Notes under the pieces: model-generated
The model's input: only the letters and a program-made list of their open reading frames with translations
Database searches by the model: none
What the model was told of the DNA's origin: nothing
Shown: positions 1 to 9,961 of the stretch, one piece after another
How the letters are laid out: every line of letters starts with the position of its first letter
Numbering within the stretch: position 1 is the stretch's first letter
Assembly (NCBI GenBank): GCA_902597545.1
Contig: CACJYD010000005.1
Span: forward strand, 5,420 to 69,419
Source of the DNA: an uncultured Bacteroidota bacterium
GTDB taxonomy: Bacteria > Bacteroidota > Bacteroidia > Flavobacteriales > Flavobacteriaceae
DNA: 64,000 nucleotides
Reading direction: 5' to 3'
Translations under genes and position numbers: made by a program

Positions 1-669
1 ATTAAAATTAATCTTGATAAGAATTACTATTCGAAAATTGACTACATTTTAGAACTTACTAACATCAAAGATTTATGTGGTAGATTCCCTGATCAATTAT
101 CTGGCGGTGAACAACAGCGTGCTTGTATTGCTAGAGCTTTAGTTCGAGAACCAGATTTATTACTATTGGATGAGCCATTTAGCAATTTGGATTCTAATAT
201 CAAATCTACAATACAAGACGAAATTCAGAAAATCATTAAAGAAACTAAAACAACAACTATTTTAGTAACTCATGATATTAAGGATACTTTCAATATTTCA
301 GATAAAATTTTAATATTTAAAGCTGGTATTTTACAGCAATACGACAATCCAGTTAACATGTACTGTAATCCAGTGAATTGTTATTGTGCTAAAATTCTTG
401 GAGATTTAAATCAAATTAGTGTTAATGGTAAAACTTATTTTATCAGACCTGAAAAAATTAGAGTAGCAAAAAAATCTAGCTATTTGGCTGTTGTTCAAAA
501 AACAGTTTTTGTTGGAAAGGAATATAAAATTAGTGCTAAAATTAATGATGAAGTTTGGATATTTTTTAGTGAGGAACCACTACAAATTGATCAAGAAGTC
601 TACTTAGAATTAGATGACAAAGACTTACTTGAGTTTGATTCAACATGCTCAAACTTTTTTACTCATTAA
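1..669 (+). CDS. ABC importer ATP-binding subunit, C-terminal part (5' end lies outside the window)
   Basis: Frame 1 is open from base 1 into the listed ORF. The translation shows the ABC signature LSGGEQQR, Walker B LLLLDEPFSNLD and H-loop VTHD. A beta-rich TOBE-like tail follows, as in FbpC/PotA/CysA-type importer ATPases. Confidence 0.85.
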   Translation: MKINLDKNYYSKIDYILELTNIKDLCGRFPDQLSGGEQQRACIARALVREPDLLLLDEPFSNLDSNIKSTIQDEIQKIIKETKTTTILVTHDIKDTFNISDKILIFKAGILQQYDNPVNMYCNPVNCYCAKILGDLNQISVNGKTYFIRPEKIRVAKKSSYLAVVQKTVFVGKEYKISAKINDEVWIFFSEEPLQIDQEVYLELDDKDLLEFDSTCSNFFTH

Positions 670-734
670 TTGTCTCATTTAATTTAAATTCATTCTAAAC
701 ATATTTCAGTTTAATTTTACTTAAAATTTTAAAA

Positions 735-968
735 ATGATTAAATCAGTTAACAGTTGTTTAAATTGTGAAAACCTTGTTGAATCTTTAAAGTGCGCTAAG
801 CATGATGTTGATGTTGAAATTGATAATGTATGTAATGATCACTCGATAAAAAAGGCTTTTTCAAAATTATCAGATTGTATTAGTTGTTCTAATTATAAAA
901 AAGTATCATGCCCAAATCCTGGTCACTCAGCAGCTGGAATGTTGTGTTTCTCTTGGTCTACTTACTAA
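735..968 (+). CDS. small cysteine-rich protein, unknown function (possible metal-binding)
   Basis: 77-aa ORF with 8 Cys, including two CxxC pairs (CLNC, CISC), and His close to Cys (CAKH, CNDH, CPNPGH). No signal peptide. It fills an otherwise empty intergenic slot. Confidence 0.45.
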   Translation: MIKSVNSCLNCENLVESLKCAKHDVDVEIDNVCNDHSIKKAFSKLSDCISCSNYKKVSCPNPGHSAAGMLCFSWSTY

Positions 969-994
969 TTTTATAATAGGTCGGTAAAAAATCA

Positions 995-1002
995 TATATT
1001 TG
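995..1002 (+). promoter_or_regulatory. candidate Bacteroidota -7 promoter box (TATATTTG) for guaB
   Basis: Exact match to the TAnnTTTG -7 consensus of Bacteroidota primary-sigma promoters, 22 nt upstream of the guaB ATG. No clear -33 TTTG. Confidence 0.35.
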
Positions 1003-1024
1003 TGCGCAATTATTTTTAATTGCA

Positions 1025-2491
1025 ATGGGTAAATCTAAATTTATAGAAACTGGACTAACCTTCGACGATGTTTTACTTGTCCCAGCATATTCTGAGATTC
1101 TCCCATCTGAAGTTAATTTAGCCTCAAAATTCTCAAAAAACTTACCTCTTAAAGTGCCTGTTGTTTCTGCAGCTATGGATACAGTTACAGAAAGCAAAAT
1201 GGCTATTGCTATTGCACAAGAGGGAGGTATTGGTGTTATTCACAAAAATCTAACAATAAAAAAACAGTGTGACAAGGTAAGAAGAGTCAAAAGATCTGAG
1301 TCAGGAATGATTTTAGATCCCGTTACTTTAAGCAAGAAAAGTAAAGTAAAGGATGCACTAAAATCTATGAAGGAGTTTAGTATTGGTGGAATTCCAATTG
1401 TTGATAAATCAAACTCTTTAGTTGGTATTGTTACCAATAGAGATTTAAGATTTGAAAATGATATGAATAAACCAATCGAAGAGGTAATGACATTTAAAAA
1501 TATAATTACTGGAAGTCCTGGAATAACATTGAAGCAAGCTGAAAAAATTCTTCAAAAGAACAAAATCGAAAAACTACCAGTTGTCGATAAGGAAAATAAG
1601 CTTGTTGGTCTTATTACTTTTAGAGATATTCAAAAAATAACCCTTAAGCCATCATCCAATAAAGATGAATTTGGAAGATTAAGAGTTGCAGCTGCAATTG
1701 GAGTTGGTGGAGATAATTTAGAGAGATGTAAAATGCTTTATAAATCTGGTGTAGATGCTGTTGTTATTGATACTGCACATGCTCACACCAAGTCAGTACT
1801 AAAAATAATCAAAGATGTTAAGAAATCTTTTCCTGATCTAGATGTAGTTGCTGGAAATGTAGCTACTGCAGAGGCTGCTAAGTTTTTAGCTAAAGCTGGT
1901 GTTGATGGGGTTAAGGTTGGTATTGGACCAGGATCGATATGTACTACTAGAATTGTTGCAGGTGTCGGATATCCTCAGCTTTCTGCAATTAACAATGTTT
2001 ACAATGCATTAAAAGGATCTGGTATCTCAATTGTTGCCGACGGGGGAGTTAAGCATACAGGTGACATAACAAAAGCTATTGCTGCAGGTGCTGACTGTGT
2101 AATGTTGGGATCAATGTTAGCTGGAACCCTAGAGTCACCAGGTGAGACTATTATATATGAAGGAAGAAAATTTAAAACATACAGAGGAATGGGATCTGTC
2201 GAAGCCATGGAAAAGGGAAGTAAGGAAAGATACTTTCAGTCTAGTATAAAAGATAAAAATAAGCTTGTTCCTGAAGGAATAGTTGGTAGAGTTCCATACA
2301 AAGGGAGCTTAGTGGAAAGCATGTTCCAATTTACAGGTGGCCTAAAATCGGGAATGGGATATTGTGGAGCATCTAATATCAAAGAATTAAAGGAAAAATC
2401 AAATTTTGTTCAGATTACTAGAGCAGGTCTCGATGAAAGTCATCCTCACAACATTACAATCACTAAGGAATCTCCTAATTACACAAGATAG
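1025..2491 (+). CDS. guaB: IMP dehydrogenase
   Basis: 488 aa. N-terminus [11 protein letters not shown], a tandem CBS insert, catalytic loop [11 protein letters not shown], and [18 protein letters not shown]. Confidence 0.97.
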   Translation: MGKSKFIETGLTFDDVLLVPAYSEILPSEVNLASKFSKNLPLKVPVVSAAMDTVTESKMAIAIAQEGGIGVIHKNLTIKKQCDKVRRVKRSESGMILDPVTLSKKSKVKDALKSMKEFSIGGIPIVDKSNSLVGIVTNRDLRFENDMNKPIEEVMTFKNIITGSPGITLKQAEKILQKNKIEKLPVVDKENKLVGLITFRDIQKITLKPSSNKDEFGRLRVAAAIGVGGDNLERCKMLYKSGVDAVVIDTAHAHTKSVLKIIKDVKKSFPDLDVVAGNVATAEAAKFLAKAGVDGVKVGIGPGSICTTRIVAGVGYPQLSAINNVYNALKGSGISIVADGGVKHTGDITKAIAAGADCVMLGSMLAGTLESPGETIIYEGRKFKTYRGMGSVEAMEKGSKERYFQSSIKDKNKLVPEGIVGRVPYKGSLVESMFQFTGGLKSGMGYCGASNIKELKEKSNFVQITRAGLDESHPHNITITKESPNYTR

Positions 2492-2492
2492 T

Positions 2493-3332
2493 TTGCAAAA
2501 ATACATCGTTTTATTACTTTTTATTATTTCATGTAATTATAACATAAAAAATAATGATGGTTATGTTGCTAGATTAGGTGATGACTTTCTTAGTATAGAT
2601 GAAGTTAAAAATCAAATTCCAAATAATTTGACGACTGAGGATTCTTTAAAAATGGCAAATAAGATTATTGAAGAGTGGGCAACCTCTAAATTACTCATTT
2701 TAAATGCTCAAATTAATTTAACTGAGACTGAAAGAATTGAAATAGAAAGTAAATCTGAAAAGTATCGAGAGAATTTAATTATATCGGAATACAAAAATAA
2801 AATATCAAATAATAATCCTGACACATTAATTAGTAAAAACGAGATTGAATTATTTTTCAATGCCAATAATGAAAACTTTAAACTTTATGAGGAGATAATT
2901 AAAGGTAGATACATTAAACTAAATATAAATGCCTTTAATATTGATGAAATTAAACGTAGGTTTAGAAGATATAATGTTTCTGACAAGTACTTTTTTGATT
3001 CTATCTCTATACAACTATTGAATTATTATTTAAATGATTCTACATGGACCAATAAAAAGCTATTTTTTAAGAAAATTCCCTCATTAGAAACAGATGAAAT
3101 TGAAAGAATAAGTAAAAACAATTTATTTTATGTTAAACAGGATTCTTTGGCGCTATATTTGATTAATATAAATAATTATAAAAAGGCCAATGATTATGCT
3201 CCTTTGGATTATATTTACAGTAGAATTAAGGACGTTATTATTAACAAAAAAAGAATTGACTATTTAAATAAAATTGATAAAGAATTAATTGGCGATGCAA
3301 TTATTAATAACCTTTATGAACGTTTTGATTAA
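2493..3332 (+). CDS. lipoprotein of unknown function upstream of the SurA-like PPIase (possible SurA-N-like chaperone)
   Basis: The listed ORF (2406..) overlaps guaB. An in-frame TTG at 2493, 2 nt after the guaB stop, gives the N-terminus M-QKYIVLLLFIISC, which is a signal peptide plus lipobox. The ORF overlaps the next gene by 17 nt. No parvulin motif seen. Confidence 0.6.
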   Translation: MQKYIVLLLFIISCNYNIKNNDGYVARLGDDFLSIDEVKNQIPNNLTTEDSLKMANKIIEEWATSKLLILNAQINLTETERIEIESKSEKYRENLIISEYKNKISNNNPDTLISKNEIELFFNANNENFKLYEEIIKGRYIKLNINAFNIDEIKRRFRRYNVSDKYFFDSISIQLLNYYLNDSTWTNKKLFFKKIPSLETDEIERISKNNLFYVKQDSLALYLININNYKKANDYAPLDYIYSRIKDVIINKKRIDYLNKIDKELIGDAIINNLYERFD

Positions 3333-4695
3333 GAATAAGATTTTTAACTTATTTTTCACCTTCATATTCATTTTTTTACACTTTCAGAATTTTGGTCAAT
3401 CTAATAGAATTAAAATTGATGGAGTTGCCGCTGTGGTAGGAGATTTCATAATACTAGATTCTGACATTGATAAGACTTTAATTGATCTTCAGTCGCAGGG
3501 TGTAAATGTTGGTGATTTTGATAGATGTAGTCTATTGGGCAAACTAATGGAAGATAAGTTGTATGCTCATCATGCTGAGCAAGATAGCTTAGATGTCGAT
3601 AATGAGCAAATTTACAGTTATGTGGATCAGACTATTGATTACTTTGTTAATCAACTAGGCAACATGGAAAAAGTTCTGGAATTCTATAAAAAGAAAGACG
3701 AAGCAACCTTTCGTCAAGAACTTTTTGAAATAAACAGAATAAATCAACTTTCTGAAAGAATGCAAACTTCAATTATTGATGAAATAGAAATTACACCTGA
3801 GGAAGTTAGAGTTTTTTTTCAAAACATCCCGAGGTATGATCTTCCAATTTTTGGTGCTGAACTTGAAATAGCTCAAATAGTTGTAAAACCTCAAGTCAGT
3901 GAAGAAGATGAAAATAAAATAATTCAAAGATTAAAGTCAATAAGAGATGATGTTGTTATAAATGGATCTAGTTTTGCTACAAAAGCTATACTTTATTCTC
4001 AGGATCCTGGTTCAAGATCAACGGGAGGTAAATATACACTTAACCGTAGTAGAAGAAATCAAATGGTCAAGGAATTCGAAGATGTTTGTTACAGATTAAA
4101 GGAAGGTGAGGTGTCAGAGCCTTTTGAAACTGATTTTGGATGGCATATAGTTATGGTTGATAAAGTTAGAGGACAAGAGCTTGATGTTCGTCATATATTG
4201 TTAAAGCCTGAGGTATCAAATAATGCATTATTAGAAGCCAAAAAGAAAATTGATTTAATTCGTAAAAGAATAGTTGATAAGGAATTAACTTTTGAGGAAG
4301 CTGCAAAATCTTTCTCTGATGAAAAAACTACCAAAAATAATGGAGGTGTTTTAATTAATCCTACGACTGGTAATACTAGATTTGAATTAACAAAAATAGA
4401 TCCAGTTCTCTACACTCAAATTCAAAGATTAAACGACAATGAAATATCTGCACCATTGTTAGAACAAGATAATATAGGGAGCAACAGTTACAAAATTATT
4501 AAGGTTACAAACAGATACGATGAACATGTTGCTGATTACTCAAAAGATTTTATTAAAATAAAAGAATTAGCTCTAAAGGAAAAACAATTAAAAACAATTC
4601 AAAACTGGATGAGTGAGAAAATAATTGAAACATATATTTCTGTGAATAAAGATAGTAGAGAATGTAATTTTGCCAATAAATGGTTAAAAAAGTAA
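3316..4695 (+). CDS. SurA-like periplasmic peptidyl-prolyl cis-trans isomerase (parvulin domains)
   Basis: The ATG at 3316 gives signal peptide MNVLIKNKIFNLFFTFIFIFL. Parvulin signatures are SQDPGSRSTGG...FGWHIVMV and a second region FSDEKTTKNNGGVL. Confidence 0.85.
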   Translation: MNVLIKNKIFNLFFTFIFIFLHFQNFGQSNRIKIDGVAAVVGDFIILDSDIDKTLIDLQSQGVNVGDFDRCSLLGKLMEDKLYAHHAEQDSLDVDNEQIYSYVDQTIDYFVNQLGNMEKVLEFYKKKDEATFRQELFEINRINQLSERMQTSIIDEIEITPEEVRVFFQNIPRYDLPIFGAELEIAQIVVKPQVSEEDENKIIQRLKSIRDDVVINGSSFATKAILYSQDPGSRSTGGKYTLNRSRRNQMVKEFEDVCYRLKEGEVSEPFETDFGWHIVMVDKVRGQELDVRHILLKPEVSNNALLEAKKKIDLIRKRIVDKELTFEEAAKSFSDEKTTKNNGGVLINPTTGNTRFELTKIDPVLYTQIQRLNDNEISAPLLEQDNIGSNSYKIIKVTNRYDEHVADYSKDFIKIKELALKEKQLKTIQNWMSEKIIETYISVNKDSRECNFANKWLKK

Positions 4696-7600
4696 TATCC
4701 TTAATAGTTTCAACCCGACTTACCGCAATTTTATTTATAACATTTTCTGCGGCTATGGGAATCGGTACCTTCATTGAAAGTATGCATGGAACAGATGCTG
4801 CCAGAATACTTATTTATAATGCCTTTTGGTTTGAATTGATGATGGTTTTATTTCTTATCAATTTCATATTTAATATCAAAAGATATAATCTTTTATCAAG
4901 ACCTAAACTTGGTATTCTATTAATGCATTTATCATGGATTTTAATAATAATTGGCGCAGGCATCACGAGATATATTGGATATGAAGGAGTTATGCCAATT
5001 AGAGAGGGTAATGTAACAAATGAATATTTGTCTTCTGATACTTATTTAACTGTGTTAATTGATGGAGACATTGATGGAACGCCAAGAAGAAGAAAGCTCG
5101 AAAAAAAATTGTTACTCTCAGAATATACAAACAACAGATTTTTGATTGCTAATGATTTTAATAAACAAAAGTTTGAAATCGAGTATTTAGATTTTAAAGA
5201 AAACGTTGAGCTTTCTGTTGTGGAGAGCGATAATGGGAATAATTTTATAAAGATCGTAGAGGCCTCTAGTGGTGAAAGACACGATCATTACATTGAAGAA
5301 GGACAGGTCACAAATTTACACGGAGTCTTATTTTCCTTTAATAATTATAATGAAGGAGCTATAAACTTTATTAATGTAGATGATGAACTATTCATTCAAA
5401 GTTCGTTTAGAGGAACATATATGAGAATGATTGATCAAAAAAGAGGTGATGTAAAATTAGACCAAATTGAGGAGTTACAACTTAGATCATTGTACGACAT
5501 AGCTGGGTTACAGTTTGTTATTCCAGATGGGGTTGTTAAGGGATCATACCAAATCTTAAAAAGTGAAGAAGAAACAAACGAAAACGCACTAAAAGTTAAA
5601 ATAACCTCAGTTGATGAAAATAATTTTGGTGAATCAAAGGAGATAGAAATATTCGGAGGAAAGGGTATTACAGATAATTTTGAGAGGGTAAGAGTAGCTG
5701 GTCTTGATTTTTCAGTTAAGTATGGGTCACTTGTCTCAAAATTACCTTTTTCTATTCAGTTAAATGATTTTATTGCAGATAAATACCCTGGCACCGAAAA
5801 AAGTTACAGTAGTTTTAAAAGTAAAGTTACAGTAGTTAATGATGATGAAAATTTTGATTATGATATATATATGAATAATATTTTAAACCACAAAGGCTAT
5901 CGTTTTTTTCAAGCTTCATTTGATCCTGATGAATTAGGAACAATACTGTCAGTCAATAAAGATTTTTATGGTACTTTAATTACTTACATTGGCTATATTT
6001 TACTTTACATCGGTTTGTTAGCTACAATGTTCTACGGAAGGACCAGGTTTAAGGATTTAAGTAAAAAATTAAATAATCTAAAGATCAATAGAAACTCAGC
6101 TTCAGTTATTGTTTTCTTATTGTCGCTTTCCTCTTTAAATTCTCAAGATTATGTTCATCAAAATCAGAATTCCTCAACAGATTCTTTAATTGTAAATTAT
6201 GTTGTTGATGTTGAACACTCAAACAAATTTGGCGAATTGGTAATACAGGACTCGGGTGGAAGAATGAAACCAATAAATACATTTTCATCTGAGCTCCTCA
6301 GAAAAGTTAGTAAATCAGACACATATAATGGATTGAATTCTGATCAAGTTTTATTATCAATTTTAAGGAATCCTTTATCATGGTATTCACAACCAATTAT
6401 ATATATCAAAAGAGGTAATGATAGTATAAGAAGTATTCTCGGAATTGATAAAAAACAGAAATATGCTGCTTTTATGGACTTTTTTGATTCAAAAGGTCAG
6501 TATAAAATATCATCATATTTAGATGATGCATATAAATCTTCTCTTCCTAATCAGTTTGAAAAAGATTTTATTGAGTCTGATAGAAAAGTTAACCTATTAT
6601 TTTCAGCTTTAGAGGGAGATATTCTCAGAATTTTTCCAACTCCTAATGACGTTAACAATAAATGGGTTTCATATTCAGAGCTTAAAAATGAAAATTTTGT
6701 TGGTATTGATTCATTGTTTGTAAATAATATTTTCCCACTTTATTTAAAAGAGTTAGATAATGGTATAAGTTCAGGTGACTACAGTACAGCTTCAGGTATT
6801 TTAGAAAGTATCAAAGGCTTTCAGTATAAATATTCAGAAAATATAATGCCAAGTGATGATAAGATCAAGGCTGAGGTTTTGTATAATAAAATAAATGTTT
6901 TCGAAAAGCTTTTTATCTGGTATTTTGCTGTAGGAATGTTGTATTTTCTATTTATCATAATTGATATATTTTCTGGTTTTAACTTTGTTAAAAAATTTAT
7001 GAAATATACCTTACTTCTATTCAAATCATCCATTTTTATTTTGTTTATTATTCATACAATTGGACTTATTGCCAGATGGTTTATTTCAGGTCATGCACCA
7101 TGGGGTGATGCTTATGAATCAATGATCTATGTTGCTTGGGCTACAATGGGTGTTGGGTTATTATTTGCAAGAAAGTCTGATTTAACAGTAGCTTCTACTG
7201 CTTTTGTATCATCAATGATTTTGATGATTGCTCATTGGAATTGGATGGATCCATCTATTGCAAATCTTGTCCCTGTCTTGGATAGTTATTGGCTTATGAT
7301 TCATGTTTCTGTAATTGTTGGTAGTTATGGGCCTTTTGCATTAGGAATGATACTGGGTATTGTTTCATTGATATTGATGATATTTTTAACCAGAAAGAAT
7401 AAGGAAATAATAAAATTAAAATTAAAAGAATTAACAATTATCAATGAATTGTCATTGACAGTTGGTTTAATTATGTTAACTATAGGAAACTTCTTAGGAG
7501 GAATGTGGGCTAATGAAAGTTGGGGAAGATATTGGGGATGGGATCCAAAGGAAACCTGGGCATTAATCAGTATTCTACTATACGCTTTTGTTCTTCACAT

Positions 7601-7832
7601 GAGACTAATTCCAAAATTAAGAGGAAACTGGTTGTTTAATTTAATGTCAATTGTCGCTTTTGCAAGTATTATGATGACTTACTTTGGTGTAAATTTCTAT
7701 CTAGTTGGACTTCACTCTTATGCATCTGGTGATAAAGTAATAACACCAAACTTTGTCTATTGGAGTATTGTAATAGTATTTATATTAGGCACATTATCCA
7801 AATACAAGTACAACAAGCATTTGGTTAAATAA
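4680..7832 (+). CDS. ccsBA: fused cytochrome c biogenesis protein CcsB(ResB)-CcsA(ResC), system II
   Basis: 1050 aa. The N-terminus is a ResB-like membrane domain. The C-terminus has multiple TM helices and the Trp-rich haem-handling motif WGRYWGWDPKETWALI. Confidence 0.9.
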   Translation: MVKKVISLIVSTRLTAILFITFSAAMGIGTFIESMHGTDAARILIYNAFWFELMMVLFLINFIFNIKRYNLLSRPKLGILLMHLSWILIIIGAGITRYIGYEGVMPIREGNVTNEYLSSDTYLTVLIDGDIDGTPRRRKLEKKLLLSEYTNNRFLIANDFNKQKFEIEYLDFKENVELSVVESDNGNNFIKIVEASSGERHDHYIEEGQVTNLHGVLFSFNNYNEGAINFINVDDELFIQSSFRGTYMRMIDQKRGDVKLDQIEELQLRSLYDIAGLQFVIPDGVVKGSYQILKSEEETNENALKVKITSVDENNFGESKEIEIFGGKGITDNFERVRVAGLDFSVKYGSLVSKLPFSIQLNDFIADKYPGTEKSYSSFKSKVTVVNDDENFDYDIYMNNILNHKGYRFFQASFDPDELGTILSVNKDFYGTLITYIGYILLYIGLLATMFYGRTRFKDLSKKLNNLKINRNSASVIVFLLSLSSLNSQDYVHQNQNSSTDSLIVNYVVDVEHSNKFGELVIQDSGGRMKPINTFSSELLRKVSKSDTYNGLNSDQVLLSILRNPLSWYSQPIIYIKRGNDSIRSILGIDKKQKYAAFMDFFDSKGQYKISSYLDDAYKSSLPNQFEKDFIESDRKVNLLFSALEGDILRIFPTPNDVNNKWVSYSELKNENFVGIDSLFVNNIFPLYLKELDNGISSGDYSTASGILESIKGFQYKYSENIMPSDDKIKAEVLYNKINVFEKLFIWYFAVGMLYFLFIIIDIFSGFNFVKKFMKYTLLLFKSSIFILFIIHTIGLIARWFISGHAPWGDAYESMIYVAWATMGVGLLFARKSDLTVASTAFVSSMILMIAHWNWMDPSIANLVPVLDSYWLMIHVSVIVGSYGPFALGMILGIVSLILMIFLTRKNKEIIKLKLKELTIINELSLTVGLIMLTIGNFLGGMWANESWGRYWGWDPKETWALISILLYAFVLHMRLIPKLRGNWLFNLMSIVAFASIMMTYFGVNFYLVGLHSYASGDKVITPNFVYWSIVIVFILGTLSKYKYNKHLVK

Positions 7833-7853
7833 TTGGAATAATTTTTGTTTAGA

Positions 7854-7861
7854 TATATTTG
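7854..7861 (+). promoter_or_regulatory. candidate -7 promoter box (TATATTTG)
   Basis: Exact TAnnTTTG match 13 nt upstream of the ATG at 7875. A TTG lies 18 nt further upstream (7833-7835). This supports the 7875 start rather than 7845. Confidence 0.35.
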
Positions 7862-7874
7862 TTTTGAATTTGTA

Positions 7875-8489
7875 ATGAAAAATTTTTTATTTGTTTTAAT
7901 TATTTTGACCTCATCTCTTTCATTCTCACAGATTGAAAATAGTAATAGGAGAATTGATATAGCTCCTCCCAAAACAAAGACAATCCTTCCAAATGTGACA
8001 TTAGTCAATCCTAATGCATTTACTTTCAAGAAAGAAGAAAAAAAAGATTTACCTAAGGGTATGATGAATCAGAACAACGAATATTTTCTCAACCCAGGGG
8101 ATGTATATGTAAAAAAATTAAATAAAGAAAAAGAAAAGAATCCCAATAACTATACTGGTGATGCTTATCTAGGAGATGTAGCTACTGTCTCTGAAGCCGC
8201 TAATATTGTTTGTAGAGACTTTGAGTACGTTGATGGAGATAGAGTTAGAATTTTAGTTAATGATGAAGTTGTTGTACAGAATTTAACTTTAGACTCAAGT
8301 TTTAGGGGCATAAATTTAAAGTTAGGCGAAGGTTTCAATAAAATTGATTTTATTGCGTTGAATCAGGGAGACTCTGGGCCAAACACTGCCGAACTTAGAA
8401 TATATGATGATAATAAAAAATTGATTTCTTCAAATCAATGGAATCTAGCTACTGGTGCCAAAGCAACGCTTATAATCGTAAAAAAATAA
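7875..8489 (+). CDS. secreted hypothetical protein
   Basis: The internal ATG at 7875 gives a clean signal peptide, MKNFLFVLIILTSSLSFSQ. The C-terminal half is beta-rich. No family recognised. Confidence 0.6.
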   Translation: MKNFLFVLIILTSSLSFSQIENSNRRIDIAPPKTKTILPNVTLVNPNAFTFKKEEKKDLPKGMMNQNNEYFLNPGDVYVKKLNKEKEKNPNNYTGDAYLGDVATVSEAANIVCRDFEYVDGDRVRILVNDEVVVQNLTLDSSFRGINLKLGEGFNKIDFIALNQGDSGPNTAELRIYDDNKKLISSNQWNLATGAKATLIIVKK

Positions 8490-8506
8490 TTTATTTCACC
8501 TAAATT

Positions 8507-9484
8507 TTAAGAGAATTTCTGGAGAATAGCTTGTTGATTTTTTATTGAATCAACAAACTCACTTTTAAGCTTTTCAACCAAATCTTTAACAGGTGGTGAA
8601 TCAGAAATACTAGTAACTCCCTGACCAGCTGACCATATTGTTTTCCAAGCTTTTGCCTCAGCTTCAGCAGCACTGAGTTCTTTTCCAAAATCAATTTTCT
8701 TAGAATTTTTCCACATATCCTCAGTAATACCCATAGCCTCTAAGCTAGGTTTTAGAAAATTAGCATTAACACCCGAGACAGCAGCGGTATAAACTATATC
8801 ATCAGCTTTACTGTTAATAATCATGTCCTTGTAGTCTTCATCTGCAAGACTTTCTTTTGTGTTAATGAATCGTGTACCCATGTATGCAAAATCAGCTCCC
8901 ATTTGCATTGCAGATGCTATATCCTGGCCAGTACTTATACAACCTGAAAGAATTATAGTTTTTTTAAAGAATTTTTTTATTTCAGCAACTAATGACATTG
9001 GATTTATTGTTCCTCCATGTCCACCTGCTCCTGCTGAAACCAAGATTAACCCATCAACACCAGCCTCCGATGCCTTTTCTGCATGTCTTTTCTTAATAAC
9101 ATCATGGTAAACAAGACCACCATATGAGTGAACGGCACCAACAAGTTGTGAGACAGCACCTAGTGATGTAATTACAATTGGTACTTTATGTTTTATACAT
9201 ATTTTTAAATCATCTCTAACTCTTGGATTAGTATTATGTACAATTAGATTCACACCAAACGGTGCAGCCTTTTTCCCGGTTTCTTTTTCAAATTCTGACA
9301 ATTCATCTTTTATTTGAACTACCCATTCCTCAAAACCCTTTGTAGTTCTGTGATTGAGTGCTGGAAAGGTTCCAACTATACCACTTTTACAGCATTCTAT
9401 CACCAATTTTGGACCCGAAACCAAAAATAGAGGAGCTGCTATAACAGGTAATTTTAAATCATCATAAAATTTAGGCTTGCTCAT
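8507..9484 (-). CDS. nitronate monooxygenase / FabK-like FMN oxidoreductase family protein
   Basis: 325 aa, TIM-barrel NMO-like pattern: LKLPVIAAPLFLVSGP, VSAGAGGHGG, GCISTGQDIASAMQMGADFAYMGTRF. Confidence 0.8.
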   Translation of the reverse strand: MSKPKFYDDLKLPVIAAPLFLVSGPKLVIECCKSGIVGTFPALNHRTTKGFEEWVVQIKDELSEFEKETGKKAAPFGVNLIVHNTNPRVRDDLKICIKHKVPIVITSLGAVSQLVGAVHSYGGLVYHDVIKKRHAEKASEAGVDGLILVSAGAGGHGGTINPMSLVAEIKKFFKKTIILSGCISTGQDIASAMQMGADFAYMGTRFINTKESLADEDYKDMIINSKADDIVYTAAVSGVNANFLKPSLEAMGITEDMWKNSKKIDFGKELSAAEAEAKAWKTIWSAGQGVTSISDSPPVKDLVEKLKSEFVDSIKNQQAILQKFS

Positions 9485-9514
9485 ATTACTAATTTATTAA
9501 ATAGTTGAATTGAT

Positions 9515-9961
9515 TTAAGGTTTTAAGATTATTTTTTTTTCATCATTCAAGTCAATCAACTTAGTAAATGCAACAGAAAAATTCTCTATTCCAATGACCA
9601 CTTTATCATTAGAGTAATTAAATTCGGAAATCTTAAATTTTTTGCACTTTAGACCTTTTGAAACATAATAGTCCTGTACAAAGCCGATTCCTAAAACATA
9701 TTCACCTACTTTATAATTTTTGTTTTTAGATTCAAGAACTTCTCCTAATGTTTGAGCTTGGATTAAATCTCCTTCCTCTAATTTATTATTCTTAAAAGCA
9801 TTTAAAATGTTTTTATCTAAAAAAATGAATTTATTTTTTATTAAAAATTCATTAGAATCTAATTGAAGATCAAAATTTTCCTCAAGAAATGACCATAAAT
9901 TTTCATCGAAATAATTATTTGTTTGATAAAGTAGCCGAACAGTTCTATTATTTATTTCCAT
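9515..9961 (-). CDS. stand-alone N-terminal (GroES-like, ADH_N_2-type) domain of a CurA/PTGR1-type NADP-dependent oxidoreductase; Rossmann domain absent
   Basis: 148 aa. FLIKNKFIFLDKNILNAF...GDLIQAQTLGEVLESKNKNYKVGEYVLGIGFVQDYYVS parallels E. coli CurA VLLRTVYLSLDPYMRGRM...GGVMVGGTVSRVVESNHPDYQSGDWVLGYSGWQDYDIS. Only 30 nt separate it from the next gene. Confidence 0.55.
   Translation of the reverse strand: MEINNRTVRLLYQTNNYFDENLWSFLEENFDLQLDSNEFLIKNKFIFLDKNILNAFKNNKLEEGDLIQAQTLGEVLESKNKNYKVGEYVLGIGFVQDYYVSKGLKCKKFKISEFNYSNDKVVIGIENFSVAFTKLIDLNDEKKIILKP

Noticed and set aside
2406-2492. Upstream extension of the 2406-3332 ORF, overlapping the last 86 nt of guaB.
   Set aside because: The extension encodes no signal-peptide-compatible sequence. 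A TTG at 2493 immediately after the guaB stop yields a canonical signal peptide plus lipobox.
7845-7874. Longer start (ATG 7845) for the secreted protein, and similar N-terminal extensions at 3289, 18174, 38381 and 42975.
   Set aside because: Internal ATGs give clean signal peptides or conserved N-termini and remove overlaps with upstream genes. A TAnnTTTG box lies inside the 7845 extension.
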